A stretch of 64,000 nucleotides of DNA. Origin: Felis catus. Taxonomy: Eukaryota. Numbering within the stretch: position 1 is the stretch's first letter; each line of letters begins with the position of its first letter. Positions 25,379 to 38,060 of the stretch are shown here, piece after piece. The position numbers and the translations under genes were made by a program. The stretch spans positions 125,302,001 through 125,366,000 of the forward strand of contig NC_058370.1 in NCBI RefSeq assembly GCF_018350175.1, in the 5' to 3' direction. The notes below the pieces were generated by a model. That model made no database searches and was not told the DNA's origin. It worked only from the letters and a program-made list of their open reading frames with translations.

Positions 25379-25594
25379 AATGGCCAACATTTACAGGGTG
25401 CTCCCTGTCGCAGCAGGTACTACACAGTCACCTGCGTCGAATCGTTCAACCGTCACAACCGTACATGATAGATCATATTTTATCTCTGTTGTAGGTTACT
25501 CCCAGGCATGCAGCTCGTAAGGGGCAGAGCTGAGAATTAAAGTCACTCTCTGGATGTCAGAGTAGAAGTTTGCAACCATTGTACAGTACTGCCT
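25379..25594 (-). mobile_element. MIR
   Basis: AACATTTACAGGGTGCT...CAGCTCGTAAGGGGCAGAGCTGAGAATT...CAGTACTGCCT. Confidence 0.7.
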
Positions 25595-25659
25595 TGTTTC
25601 GAGCGCCATGATAAAACAGAAAGAATGAGTGTTGTAGAGTCAAGACCTGAATTCAAATC

Positions 25660-25950
25660 CCATTTACTCATTAATTCAAAAGGCATTTTGGGTGCCAGAC
25701 CCTTACTGGATGTGAAGAGACAGCAGGTATGTGTGCCTGTCTTCAAGCGCTTCGTATTCTGGTGAGGGAGAGGCAGGTGAACAGGCAGGTATGGTGGACT
25801 GGACGGGTGCTATAAGAAGTTAGCAAGGATGCTCTGGGGACCCATGGGGAAAGGATACATAACATCATCTGGGTGGTCTGGAAGGCTTCCTGTGGAAGTG
25901 ACGGCTGAACTGAGACCTGGTGGAGGAGGCCACTAGGTGGAGGAGGTCAT
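25660..25950 (-). mobile_element. L2 3' fragment
   Basis: CATTTACTCATTAATTCAA tail; GGAAGGCTTCCTGTGGAAGTGACGGCTGAACTGAGACCT. Confidence 0.7.
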
Positions 25951-28359
25951 CTAAAGAGCAGTTTAGTGGGGCTTGGGCACGTCCAGAGCCATGGCTGATG
26001 GTGCAAGATGGGGCATGGAGTGGGCAGGGCAAGGGAGCTCACCATGGCTCCTTAATGGTGGCATTCCAGATGGTTCACAAAATTCCAAGATGTTTCTATA
26101 TTCTCATTCTCTTAGACATATGGAGTCTAAGAGTGGGTGATGGTGCCCCCTTTCCTGCCTCCTTAGGACTCATCCTGAAGTTGAAAGCACACACTTTTTT
26201 CCCGTATGTCATGTTAACGAAATTGCAAAGATCATAGATTAGTCCCTCGTGATATGGAAAGGGCTCAGCAAACACCAAAGCAATAAAGTTAAGAATACGG
26301 GTGACAGCACAGAATTTCATAAGTATTAAACGTTAATTTGGGACTTTTATATGAAACCCCCCAAAGGTCCTGATAATAAATTCTCATCCTCTTTTCTACA
26401 GCCACTCCTCCCTTCCCATCCCAAACTCTTTGGAACTTCACAGCCTCCCCAGGCCCCTAGGCTAACTCTCTGGCCATGAGCAGGGTAGTAAGCATGGGAA
26501 CTGGCAGATTTAGAGCCCTGTCCTCTCCCCTTTCAGTGTGAGGCTGCCTGTCAACTTGGGTCACTGTCTTCCTGATGAAGGCACATTTTAAAAACACTCT
26601 GAGGCAATGACTCTAGGCAGTTTGGTCTCTGGTTAATATAGGATAATAAATTTCTAAATTCAGCAATGACAAATAGCCCTTTGCAAGTTATTAATACTTC
26701 ATAAAACAAATATTCCAACTTTTGTTTAGTTCCTGGCTTTCTCTTGCTCTCTTCCCTTCTATTGTTCTGTTGATCTCCCAGTTTTTCTGGTCTCCTCTTA
26801 TATGCATCTTTTCTGACTCCCTTCATAGTGATGATAAGTTTGGTTGTTAAAATGTTCAAAGTGTAAGTTTGCTAATTGATACTTTGATAACCTCTTGAAT
26901 TTCCAAATGGGATTAAAAAAAAAAAAGTTCTTTGTTGCAACTGTTGTGGCTTGGCTTCAGGATTTCTTTTTACCATCGAGTTAAAGGGGATTCTGTAATC
27001 TGTAATTTTTTCTTTAAGGATATGTTTTTATTTGCTTGCTCCTTTTCTGTCCTCTCTTCCTCTCCTAAGCATTTTCCCCATTTCTCTTTTCCTTTCCCAT
27101 TTATCGCAAAGCTTCTCCTCCTCTGCTCACTCCCCCTTCTCTCCTATTTCTCTCCATCTTCGTCTTCTCTGTCTCTGGTGTTGATTTTTTTCATTGGTAA
27201 GCTTCCATACTATGGGAGGAAGAAAGGTTCTGATATTTCATTGGAACCCCTACCAGACCAGCTGTGGCTAGAAGCTATAAGGGTTTCCATGAAGGTTCTT
27301 TGAAAACTCATTTAATGTGACTTAAGAAAAAAGAAGGAAAGAGAAAGAAAAACTTTTAAAAGAGAACAATCTGAAATCCATAACAGAGGCATATAAAACT
27401 TGCTTATGCAAATGAACATTTCTGTTTACATGGTGAGCATGGGCTCTGTTGTCCTGATTCAAGTTCTGTGTACATGGGAGTTCAGGGACACGTGCTAAAT
27501 TTAAGTGCCAGTCTTTCCTTTTCAAACATATGCATCCTACAAGTCCTAGCACTTGCTCCTTCAAGCAGGCATCACTAGCACTTTCCTGCCACTTCTTAAC
27601 TCTCCGTGTTTTATAGCTTCCCAGGGAGAGAGGAGCCTGCCTGCCTAAGTGCCCCTCAAGGCAGGATGGACAGCGTCTCCAAATATTTAACAGATGCCGT
27701 GCTGTATCTCAGGATGAATCCATTACTGATTCGGAACTCTCGTTCTGGTAACTTCTGCCAGGTTTCCTTTCACACTTGTGATGAGGAAATGGACTGAGCA
27801 TCAGTGAGGGGACAAGACAATAACAATAAACAGACCCGGGCTTAAAGCAAGGCAGTAATAACAAAAACAATCCCTTGACAGTGGCTCTCCCTCCAGCGCC
27901 AGGTTGCAAATCACTTTCTGTTTCCTTCTCCCTGAGCTCACACACGTTCAGAGTCACAGGATCTGAAAACGTGCCCGTTTGTGTTCTTGTTCAAGGAAAT
28001 ATTTGGATAAGAGAGACAGGACTAAAGAAATTCCGAGTTGTCTTGGAGGAAGTTATCAAAAGCGATGGTAGGCTGGGCTGGGAAGTGAGAAGGGAGAGTT
28101 AATTCCTCATTCCTGTCTGATCCAAACCACTCACAGCCTCGAGAGCAGGCCTTGATTGCAGCGGATGCCAGCGGTGTATTTTCCATGTTCAAAGCAGAAC
28201 CCATCATCTCGCCCCCTCCTTCCAAGCTTGCAGTCTCCCATCCAATTTACCTAATACATCACTGTCATATTCATTTTTCTAAAGCTCTTTACTTTTGACT
28301 GCCTTGGATATTTTCAGGAAGTTGGTGTGGTCAAAATATATGAATTAGTTTCTCCCATC

Positions 28360-29030
28360 ATTACGTATCAAATGCCTGCTTTAGGACTGCAGAGAACAGT
28401 AAGAAATGGCAGTGCCCAGTGTAGCAGGAAAAGAGTCATGCAAACAAATACCAAGAAATGTGAGAGGTGTAGTCAGAGAGTTCTTGTGTGGTGCTACCAC
28501 GGAGAACAGAGGAGGTATGAACTCAGTAGGAGGGGTGAGCCTAGGGATTATCAGGGACAGCTTCACGGAGGAGGAGACTTTTGAGCTGAATTTCCAAGGA
28601 TCAGTAGTGATTTCACCGACAAGGAAGCTCTCACATGGAGATGTGAGAAGTCATAATGTTTAATAAAACAGTGATGAATTCCAGGTCAAAATGCAGGAGT
28701 CACAGAGGTAGTGTGTTTGAGGAAGTTAAGAGTAAAGTTCAGAAGATAATGGGCTTTGTACACCATGCTGAGTGTTTGGACATTATCCTACGGAAGAGAG
28801 AAGCCTACTGATTGGGTTTTAAGCTGGGGGATGATGTAATTATATTTCTACTTAAGATTGAGGACTTGAGGGTAGGAGAGGAGATGGGGAGCCTGATGGG
28901 GCCTGTCCTGAAATGGAGGGGCACTACATGGGTCACTAGGAAGAAGGTACTGCAGTAAGCATACAAGGTAGGGTTGATGGAGCTTGGAGAACAATTAGAT
29001 GTGAGAGGTTGAATAATGACAAAGCATTAA
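28360..29030 (-). mobile_element. L2 fragment
   Basis: ATCAGGGACAGCTTCACGGAGGAGGAGACTTTTGAGCTGAA. Confidence 0.7.
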
Positions 29031-29039
29031 TTAGTGGTC

Positions 29040-29525
29040 TCTCATGACACTAAGTGAAGTTGCAAACATTTAGCCTGACATTCAGCACCCTCAGGAATTT
29101 GGATCCAATCTGTTTTTCTGGCTTGATTTCTCAACATTTCTTTGCTGGGAGAATACATCAAAGAATGCGAATTGCTTTCCCTATTCCTGATTCCCTCTCA
29201 TTGCTCAAGCTTGTGTTCTGCATTGACAAGACTCTTAATACTTCTGGTCCAAAGCCTCCTGTGGCCCAACTAACCCTTGCTCCTTGGTCATCACCCCAAT
29301 TGAAAAGACTCCGTTTGTTCTTGGAGATTTCATATGACCCTGAGTTTATTTCTCTCATTTCACTTGTTTCTGGGGTGTACTGTGCTTGTTTGCTGGTCTT
29401 CTCTCCCTTCCACTCCCTTTATCAACTAAGAGGTCATCTTATTGAGAACTGAGATGCTCTTATTCATATTTCTATCCCTGTTCATACCTCTCACAGTACA
29501 TGGTACATTACAGTTGTAAAGTAAG
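29040..29525 (+). mobile_element. L2 fragment
   Basis: L2 sense sequence ending ATATTTCTATCCC...CACAGTACATGGTACAT. Confidence 0.55.
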
Positions 29526-31147
29526 TGTTTTTTTTTTTTTTCTTTCAAATTAGAGGTTGTTACTTTGGCTGAATTTCCATAATCACATGAAATAAAGTAA
29601 AGAATTAGAGCATGTCGGTAGATAGTCCAAATGAAGTGTCTACTTTGACTGTGATATCTGACCATTGCTAAGTCAAATCTCATGACAACATTAACTTAGA
29701 TGAGATTTACTAATTGAGCAAAGAAAAACACATATAAAGTTTTATGCCCACAAATATCATATCCATCAGTAAATCTTGGTTATGTTTGGCACATCTCAAA
29801 GAGCCCAGTGGATTGTAAAGATATTATTGATAAGATTCTATAAGCTTGTATCCTGTTATTAATTTTTATACCAAATTCCTATTGGTTTTAATGAGAATTC
29901 TGATTTCTTTTCTTTTTTTTTTAAACTATGACTCCATAAAAGTTTTAAGTGAGTTTGTTTTTAGTTCTATGAAGCATGTGTGGGTCCAACAGAGAAAAGT
30001 GCTTTTGGACATATTTATGGACCATATGTATTTATTCATCTAGAGATATTTGCATGAAAACTTCCCTCAAAGACCATAAACATGAAACATTACATGAATG
30101 TTTGCACCATTACGATTCTATTCCTCAATGTGATTACCATTATGATATTTATATGGTATTTGTCTTTGAGCTCAAATGAGTACATCTATTAAAAAATAGA
30201 AAAGAATTATTTCATGTCTGTATAGTTCTTAAGGATCAATGTTACTGCCATTTAACTAATGTGGAACTAAAGGGTGAAGAGGTGAAGCTAATTGCTTGAG
30301 AGCATGCAAGGTAATTTGGGGAATATCTTTGTCCATAAAGATTCTAGCACAGCCTTCAAAGTGTGGTTCAATCCCACTTCCAATTGGTTTCCCTGGAAAT
30401 TCTGAGTCATGTTGATCGTCCTGACTCTATATTGCATCTTTGGCTCTGTGTCTCTCTTCTGTTTTGTGGGCATTGGTCTTGTCTGCCCACCTACACTGCA
30501 AGTTCCTCTAGAGATATAAACAGTGCTCATGAGCAGGTACCAGGGATAGTGAATAGAATAACCCAGTACAGCACCCTTTCAGAGTCTGTGGGAAGGAAAA
30601 GCAAATCTACAACTGTAGACTTGAGGTAAGAGTGCTTTTGTGGAGAAAAGCATGGAGTGTCATTGGCTGTCAGAGAGGAGCCTGCTCACCCAAACTAACC
30701 ATTTCCAATTGATGCAACAGAGATTCACGGAGGGCAAGTAACATGTCCAGTATAATGGCCCAGTAAATGGTACTTGTAGGAATCGAACCCCAGTTGCAAA
30801 ACCCCAGATCCCAGGCTTTTCTCTCTCGATGAAGTTACCCCTTTGTACACCCAAGGTGTCTTAACATGTGCATTCTGCACATATATAGCAGTCATGAGTA
30901 CATAGGAAATGGTTGTTTTGTGGAGTTATCGAATAGGAGGTGATGTTTTTTCCTACTCTATTTCATGCCAAATAGTAAAGTAATGCTAAATGACTCACCA
31001 AAGCATTTGCATGTTTTCAAAAGGTAAAAACCACCCTAGAGGCATGCTTTTCTAGAATGAAGGAGGTTAGGGAAAGGTTAGGACAGGCTATTATTCTATT
31101 TTTCTTGCGCTGAAGAAATTGAAAGGAACAAACAAACAAGGCCACCA

Positions 31148-31634
31148 TTACCCCACAGGGATGGAAGTAGGGGCAGAACTGGGGTCTTGCAATGAGTGAT
31201 GTGGAGAAGGCTGTTCCGAAATTAGCGTGAGTCTGGCTGCTTCTATCTCTATCAATTTTAACTCTGTTTTTATGGGTATCGGGGAAGATTCAAGTGCAGG
31301 GTGCATTTTGGACATAAGTGGCCCATTTTTTATGCCCATTGCTCCATCATTAACCCTCCCACTTAGTCCTGGAAATGCAAAGCCCTCATCTTCCATCTGC
31401 TGCATGTTATTTATGATGATGCCTCCAATTNNNNNNNNNNNNNNNNNNNNNNNNNNNNNNNNNNNNNNNNNNNNNNNNNNNNNNNNNNNNNNNNNNNNNN
31501 NNNNNNNNNNNNNNNNNNNNNNNNNNNNNNNNNNNNNNNNNNNNNNNNNNNNNNNNNNNNNNNNNNNNNNNNNNNNNNNNNNNNNNNNNNNNNNNNNNNN
31601 NNNNNNNNNNNNNNNNNNCTGAACGTGTCTTGCT
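31148..31634 (-). other. Non-repetitive block: candidate terminal coding exon or conserved non-coding element (unresolved)
   Basis: Minus-strand acceptor TGTTTGCTTTCCTTTCAG with the first exon base at 31634; about 93 stop-free codons after the gap, ending in TAA at 31148; peptide not recognised; the gap prevents confirming the frame. Confidence 0.25.
31431..31618. other. Assembly gap (N run)
   Basis: Ns in sequence. Confidence 1.
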
Positions 31635-31768
31635 CTGAAAGGAAAGCAAACAGTGTTGACATTGGGAGTCTTGTCTGTGCTGGTATGAATATATTGAGAG
31701 ATGATGAAATAATGATCAGTCTCAAGTTCAATGTTGTAATTAAAGCTGTTTAAGGAAAAGGGAAAGAA

Positions 31769-31770
<2 letters not shown>

Positions 31771-31807
<37 letters not shown>
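31771..31807. repeat. (CA)18 microsatellite
   Basis: Read directly. Confidence 0.97.
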
Positions 31808-31811
<4 letters not shown>

Positions 31812-32339
31812 AGAATGTTCTGCAGCTACTGAAATCTCTGCTCCTTTAGAAAAGTTCACATCTTCACAGTGGCCCGATCTCGGCCATGGCAGTGCCTCTC
31901 CTGGTCCCTGTTAGTGGGCCATCAGGTATGTGTGAGTGGGGAGCGTGAGAGGCAGGAGAGATGACAGAGCCATAGATGGAGGTGGAGAGGGAAGTGGTCT
32001 ATAGGAAATCCTTTGAGGAAGATTCTTTTTCTAACACCATGTTCCTGCCTCGGTTCTGGAAATCCCACCACTGGCTTTTCATTCCTTTTGATTAAGTGTT
32101 GCCTTCTGGTGGCTCCACTTTGGGAGTGAGCGTCTGCCACGTGAATGGGGGGAGGGGTGGTATGCACTGTGTGTTTATAATGCTCGGTGTGCTTTAATTC
32201 ATGACATGCTTCCTGCCTTTATAGGGTTGCAAGTCACTGTGGAGACAGACACTGCACGTTCTTGGTGGTATAAGGTACTAGCGAAATATAAGCTCTGGAA
32301 CAGTACTTAAAATATAGCCATTTTAAGCTTTTAGCTTGC

Positions 32340-32546
32340 CTACACTGTCCAGTGTGGTAGCTACTAGCCACATGTGGCTATTTGTAGTCAAATTCATGAA
32401 AATGAAGTCAAACTAAAAATTGATTTGTCAGTTGCACTGATCTTATTTCAAAAGCTTAGTATCCAGTTTTATCTAGTGGCTACCATTTTGGTCAGTGAAA
32501 ATATAGAACATTTCCATCATCACAAAAAGTGCTATGGAGAGCACTG
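32340..32546 (-). mobile_element. MER3 (hAT-Charlie MITE), near full length
   Basis: CTAGCCACATGTGGCTA core and TATAGAACATTTCCATCATCACAAAAAG...AGCACTG end; about 207 bp. Confidence 0.85.
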
Positions 32547-32989
32547 ATAGGCCATTAGAAACTTTTAGTAAGTGAAGATTGAGTGTTGTGAACCTCTGCT
32601 AACTGCTGATTTGCCATTGGAGTCCCAGAAAGCTTTGAGTATTTGAGTAACTGAGTCACAGATAGTCTGTCCCAGCTCTGTAGGGTTCAGACTCTTAAAA
32701 AATGATTAAAAAAAAAAGGCAAATAGGATATATGTCTCTGTTACCAATATATAAAATAAATGAGTGTCTAAGAAAGAACTGCTCTCATAGTTGTTGTCTC
32801 ATTTACTACTCATAGTAATACTGAGAGAATGGGTAATACCCATTTTCTAAATGAATAAACAGGCCCAGAGAGATTATAATTTATCCAAGGCCACATAGAC
32901 TGTCAGTGGCAGCTAGCATGCCATAATAAGTGATAGAGCCAGTCAGCCCTCAAGAATTCCTATTTTAATGCCTTCTCCAAAATATCCTA

Positions 32990-33032
32990 CATACATACAT
33001 GGAAACATATACACACATATACATGTATTTAC

Positions 33033-33069
<37 letters not shown>

Positions 33070-33165
33070 GTATATTATAGATGATGCCTGCCTTATATAT
33101 GTACTTACATATTTCATATATAATGTTATATATATAAATATATATATTTTTCATATAAAGTATTA
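32990..33165. repeat. (TA)n and TA-rich low-complexity sequence
   Basis: Pure (TA)n at about 33036-33068 within an AT-rich tract. Confidence 0.9.
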
Positions 33166-33356
33166 TGCCTCAAATGAACTCAATTATCATGAGCAGACCA
33201 AATGCAAATTAAATCTGGAAAATGAAGAGAAAATATTTGTAATTTAAAAAATTCTGAATTAAGTTACTCTGCCAAATCTCTTATACTGGGTCAACAAAAT
33301 GGAATTTATTTTCAAAAATAGCTACCGATCGGTGGCGATTGAAAAAGATTCATTGA

Positions 33357-33560
33357 GGGGCACCTGGGTGGCTCAGTTGACTGAGTGTCTGACTTTGGCT
33401 CAGGTCATGACCTCACTGTTCGTGAGTTTGAGCCCCATGTCAGGCTCCATGCTGACAGCTCAGAGCCTGGAGCCTGCTTCAGATTCTACATCTCCCTCTC
33501 TCTGCCTCTCCCTTGCTCATGCTCTGTCTCTCTCAAAAAATAAACATTAAAATTTTTTTT
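33357..33560 (+). mobile_element. Can-SINE (SINEC_Fc-like)
   Basis: TSD AAAGATTCATTGAG at 33344-33357 and 33561-33574. Confidence 0.95.
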
Positions 33561-36500
33561 AAAGATTCATTGAGTTCAATACAAAATAGATTTTCTAATT
33601 TCATAAATTGTGCCATATTTTGGAATCACAGTGGTGGAAGTTTAACTTCCTTTTTAGTTTAAATCTTATAAGTTTTCTCTCTCTTTGACCAGCATCCGTT
33701 CTCTGCAGTTCAGTATGGCTCTGGACTGCTCTGCCCAGATCTGGGCGGCTCCCGGACCCCAGGCCATGATACCTCTGGTTTTTCACAGGCTTTGCGTATA
33801 AACCTTCTGATCGAATTCACAGAAACCAAGGAATATATATGTCACTGGTATATAAGTACTTGTGGAACTTCTATGTGACTCTAGGGGTATGATTTGGCCC
33901 TGGCATCCAGTCCCTTTAATACTTTCAGGGTCCCTGAAGAATGTCATATTTCAGGAAAGAGCTCTAGTCACGTTGTATCATTAAGTTTATATGGAGTGTT
34001 GTGGAATAACATTTAGCTTGATTCTGATAGAATAAAGGTGCAAATCCACATGCATAATTTAAGAGTAAAAATCCTTTTTCTGGTACCATATAAAATGCAT
34101 GCCAGGTGTGAAAGGAGAACTGAAATGGTCTCCAAGGATGCTCTCTTGAAGGCCGCTGGGCTTTCTCCAGCCACTACTCCTGGCCCCTGGGGCCGCCCTT
34201 CCCCACGGTGCATCTGCTATTGCTCCTAGGGACTTTTCAGAGATCCCCTTCATTCTCCCTTGCTCTTTCTCCACCGAAAGTAACAATTGAAAGTGAATTT
34301 CTGGAGGCTCAAACTGGAGCCACTTGCCACTTTTATTGTGTTGTGATGCAAAAGGGACCAGAGAAGAGAGAAAAGTTCTCTACAAGCTTCTGTGCTATGC
34401 TGGTGTAAGGAGTCATGTCCTTATTTGCAGAAGAATTTAAGCTTCAGCTAAGAGTGGAATGCTCAGAAAATCAATGTAAGATGGAGATTTCAGCACTACC
34501 ATTCCGAAACAGTGGCTGAGCAGTTTGGCTGACTTGGAAGCATGGAATAGAAATATATGAGAAAGCATTTGTGTCCCCATTCCTTTCCTCCATCCTCCAT
34601 CAGGCCTCCTTGTCTCTGAAATGGACTTCCATTTCTTCTAGCTGCATAGAGAGGCCGTTCACTGCACAACTGGGCTTACCCTCAAGAAATATGATAGGCA
34701 GAGTTCCCTCTGGCTCCTCCAAACTCCTCCTTCTGGACCTGCTTTCCCCCTTTTTAGGGTCCTCACCTTCTTCCTTACCTCACTGTTTTTCTGCTTCTCA
34801 AGGTCACCCATGTCATAGAGGGAAAGAAATATAAGAACCTCTTCATAGTGAAGTGTTAGGGACTTACCAGGGCATTTACCTGTGAGCATCAACATTTAAA
34901 GGGATAAACCAGCAAGGGAAGTGATTTGTTGAAAGCAATGAACAAAGTCAGGGTTTCAGACCCTGTAGACCATGAATATGAGAGAAATTGCAGGTGAAGG
35001 TCTTAGCCAATATAAGGAAGCCCCATAAATGGGACCGCTGTCTTCTAAGCCATTGCCTGGCTGAGGGGAGGGAAGGGGGGCTTCTGTGGGGCCCGAGTGT
35101 CAGTCAGGAGGACCTAAATGAAAAGTCTGGAGTGGGGGAGGCCCACAGCCATGCAGCACTTGGAAGAAGAATAGGAACATGTGGTCCACTTGTGATCTGT
35201 GTTTACTCGTCTGTCTGGTGTGTCTGAGGAGAAGGCGCAGGCCAGCCAGAGGTCGGCGAGTCAAAACCCTTTGAAGACAGACCCAGCTTCTGAAATGGAT
35301 CTGGCATTCCTTTGCTGGCTCCATGTCCTACAGTAGTCTGCATCCTTCCCAGCCCATCACCTTCTGCATGTGTCCCTGGTAGAAATGCAGGTATGCCAAG
35401 TTGTGACGCTCTTGAAGTTTCTGGAAGCAAACACTTATTCTCTTGAGCCCCTTTCTGCCCGATAGCAGGGGTTTTCATCACTTATAGGCAGGCTTAAATG
35501 GAAGTCCAGTCACTCAGTGTTCTCCCCTTCATTGTTTGTCAGCCCAGAGTGGCATCTAAATGTTTTCAGAGGGGTTGGCATGTAGCTGATTAGGGCAAGG
35601 AGGTGGCATACTTGTCATTGACTTTTGTGGTCACCTGATGAGGTTTGCCTCATGCACAATGACACTGACCTGTATCTCTCCTGCTGATGTCCAGGGTCTG
35701 TCCATGGCTTCAGGTTTGTCCCACCCATGCTATCACCGCTGATGATCGCCCCTTGTCAGTCCTTTTCTGATCCAAAACCTCCCTCAAAGACACAGGGTTT
35801 GTCTGGACGCTCTCCTGCATCCCTAGGGCTGGCAGACATTCAGAAGATGGTCTCAATCTCTTTCTTCCTGACTGGTCCCAACTTTCTCTCTTAATTCACG
35901 GCACTGAGAGATCAGAGAGGTCATATTAGAGAGGCTCTCAACTCAGCTGCTGGACAGGGAGTGAGATGCCAGTCCTCTCTGGTTACATTTTATATCTAGT
36001 TACCGTTTTTCAGCTTTCTTGGGGCTGGGCCCGGCCATAAATGAAGGGAAGAAAGAGGCACAAACCCCTTCTTTGAGATCTGTGCAATGACTACTAAATC
36101 ATGCCCACTTTTCCATCTCAATTCTCTTGTCCCTCCAGCAGATTAAAGTTATATACTTTTTGGAAGGAAATCTGCCTTCTTCCTTATTACTACTATTTAT
36201 AGTATAAGATTTGTATTCTAATTCCATCCAAGTTGTTGAAGACTCAGAAAACCTTTTCTCTAACATAAAAGCCTGGCTCTCACAATGAAAGCCTTGGCTC
36301 TTGAGGTTATGCTCTGTGTTTCCTTAGTATATTTTAGAACTATAAAGTCAAACTTCAGTTCTTCTATTCTCTGTATTTTGTCCTTCCCTGAAGCAACAAG
36401 ATCAGTTCAAAAATGAAAATCTAGGTTTTCAGGTAATGATTCCATGAAGAAACAAAGTTTGCAATAATGCATTGATTGCTATTTCAGAGAGTTACCCTGC

Positions 36501-36844
36501 TACACTCAGAATTGCTACAATTTGCTTTGCCCATTTAGCAATGTTCAGATTTTCATGAGAATTGGGGGAAGAAAGGTAGAGACCACTAGGAGTACCAAAG
36601 AGACAAAAATAGAAAGCTTCCAAAACATGGAAAGTGAGTAGACAATGAAATTATCTTGATGACTATGGATCTTTGTAAAAAAGCATCATGAAAAAAAATG
36701 GGAAGTAAACTAGCTCTAACATTTAGTCTCCGTATCACATTGACAAGACAAACTTACTGGTTTCCTCATCCATGAAATGGGTATAATAATACTTCCCTTG
36801 TCTACTTCAAAAGTATGTGTGCACATAGGAATCTGAAGAGATAT

Positions 36845-37073
36845 TTAAAAAAATTTTTTTTAATGTTCATTTTATTTCTGAGGGAAAGAGAGAATGATGG
36901 ACAGAGCATGAGTGGGGGAGGGACAGAGAGAGAGGGAGACACAGAATCTGAAGCAGGCTCCAGGCTCTGAGCTGTCAGCACAGAGCCCAATACAGGGCTC
37001 GAACTCACGAACCATGAGATCATGACCTGAGCTGAAATTGGATGCTTAACTGACTGAGCCACCCAGGTGCCCC
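36845..37073 (-). mobile_element. Can-SINE (SINEC_Fc-like) inserted in a MIR
   Basis: TSD TGAAGAGATAT at 36834-36844 and 37074-37084; MIR core GTTTCCTCATCCATGAAATGGG just upstream. Confidence 0.95.
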
Positions 37074-37524
37074 TGAAGAGATATGTTTAATAAGCTTTGC
37101 TCTGTGTAGAGCAGATGTAGCTGGACCTAACCATGGTTGTATGAAACATGATGATTAAGAAAGACCATGTTCCATAAATGATGGATGCTCTCATTTTCAG
37201 TTTTAAGGATAATTATTTTCTTTCCAATCTTAACAGATCTTTTTCTCTCTCTTTCCTTTCATTCATTTTCTTTTCTCCCCAGGAAGAATTTAGGCAGTGT
37301 CCATTGTAGCATAGTCATTTCATGGTATTCATCTTCAAAGCTGACATATGGAACTACAGTCTGTGGTTGGACTTCTGGGTGACTTCTCAGTTACTGGGCA
37401 TTAGAGAAATTATTAGTGCTTGGTAAATAGGATGCACCCCACAGTGGATTGTGGGAAGTAAAAATAAAAGGGTAATAATATAGTACTTGCCCTTGAGAGA
37501 TTCCAGATTCTACGAGGGAGACAT

Positions 37525-38060
37525 GTTTACTCATTTATTCATTCAACAAATATTTATCAAGTCGTCTCATGTGTCAGGCACTATTCTATGTGCTAAGATT
37601 ACAACAGTGAACAAAATTTGCATTTTAGTGAGACTTGGCCAAAATTTACAAAACAAGAGTATTTCAAAATATAATTAATTGCTCAGTCATTGGGTATAGA
37701 GGATTAATGCTATAGGAATGAGTGTGAGGTGTCATTTGCAGAATGCAAACCTCAGGGAATTATATTTTGAACTGGAGTTTGAAGTTTGGAAGAAATCATT
37801 CAAATGATAGGCAGGAAGAAATAAAAGGAAAAGACTCAAGAGTAAACACTGTTATTTTGGAGACATGGAGGAGCCTTTCTTGATGTGAATGGCAGATGTA
37901 TTTCAGAGAGGATTGGGGAATTTGACTACAGAAAAATATGGAAGATGAAGTTTTGTTTTAATGGGGCTGGGAATAAAGGACCATGGAAAGTTTTGGGTGG
38001 GGTGGCAGTAGGGTGTTGGGGATACGAGGGCAATGTGATGAATGTTGTCTTTAAAAAATA
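37525..38060 (-). mobile_element. L2 3' portion
   Basis: ACTCATTTATTCATTCAACAAATATTTATCAAG...TGTGTCAGGCACTATTCTA. Confidence 0.8.

Noticed and set aside
29081-29100. TTCAGCACC REST/RE1 left half-site
   Set aside because: The right half (GGACAG) is absent at canonical spacing.
34879-34962. Minus-strand exon-like segment with GTAAAT/GTAAGT donors
   Set aside because: All three frames contain stops and there is no other support.
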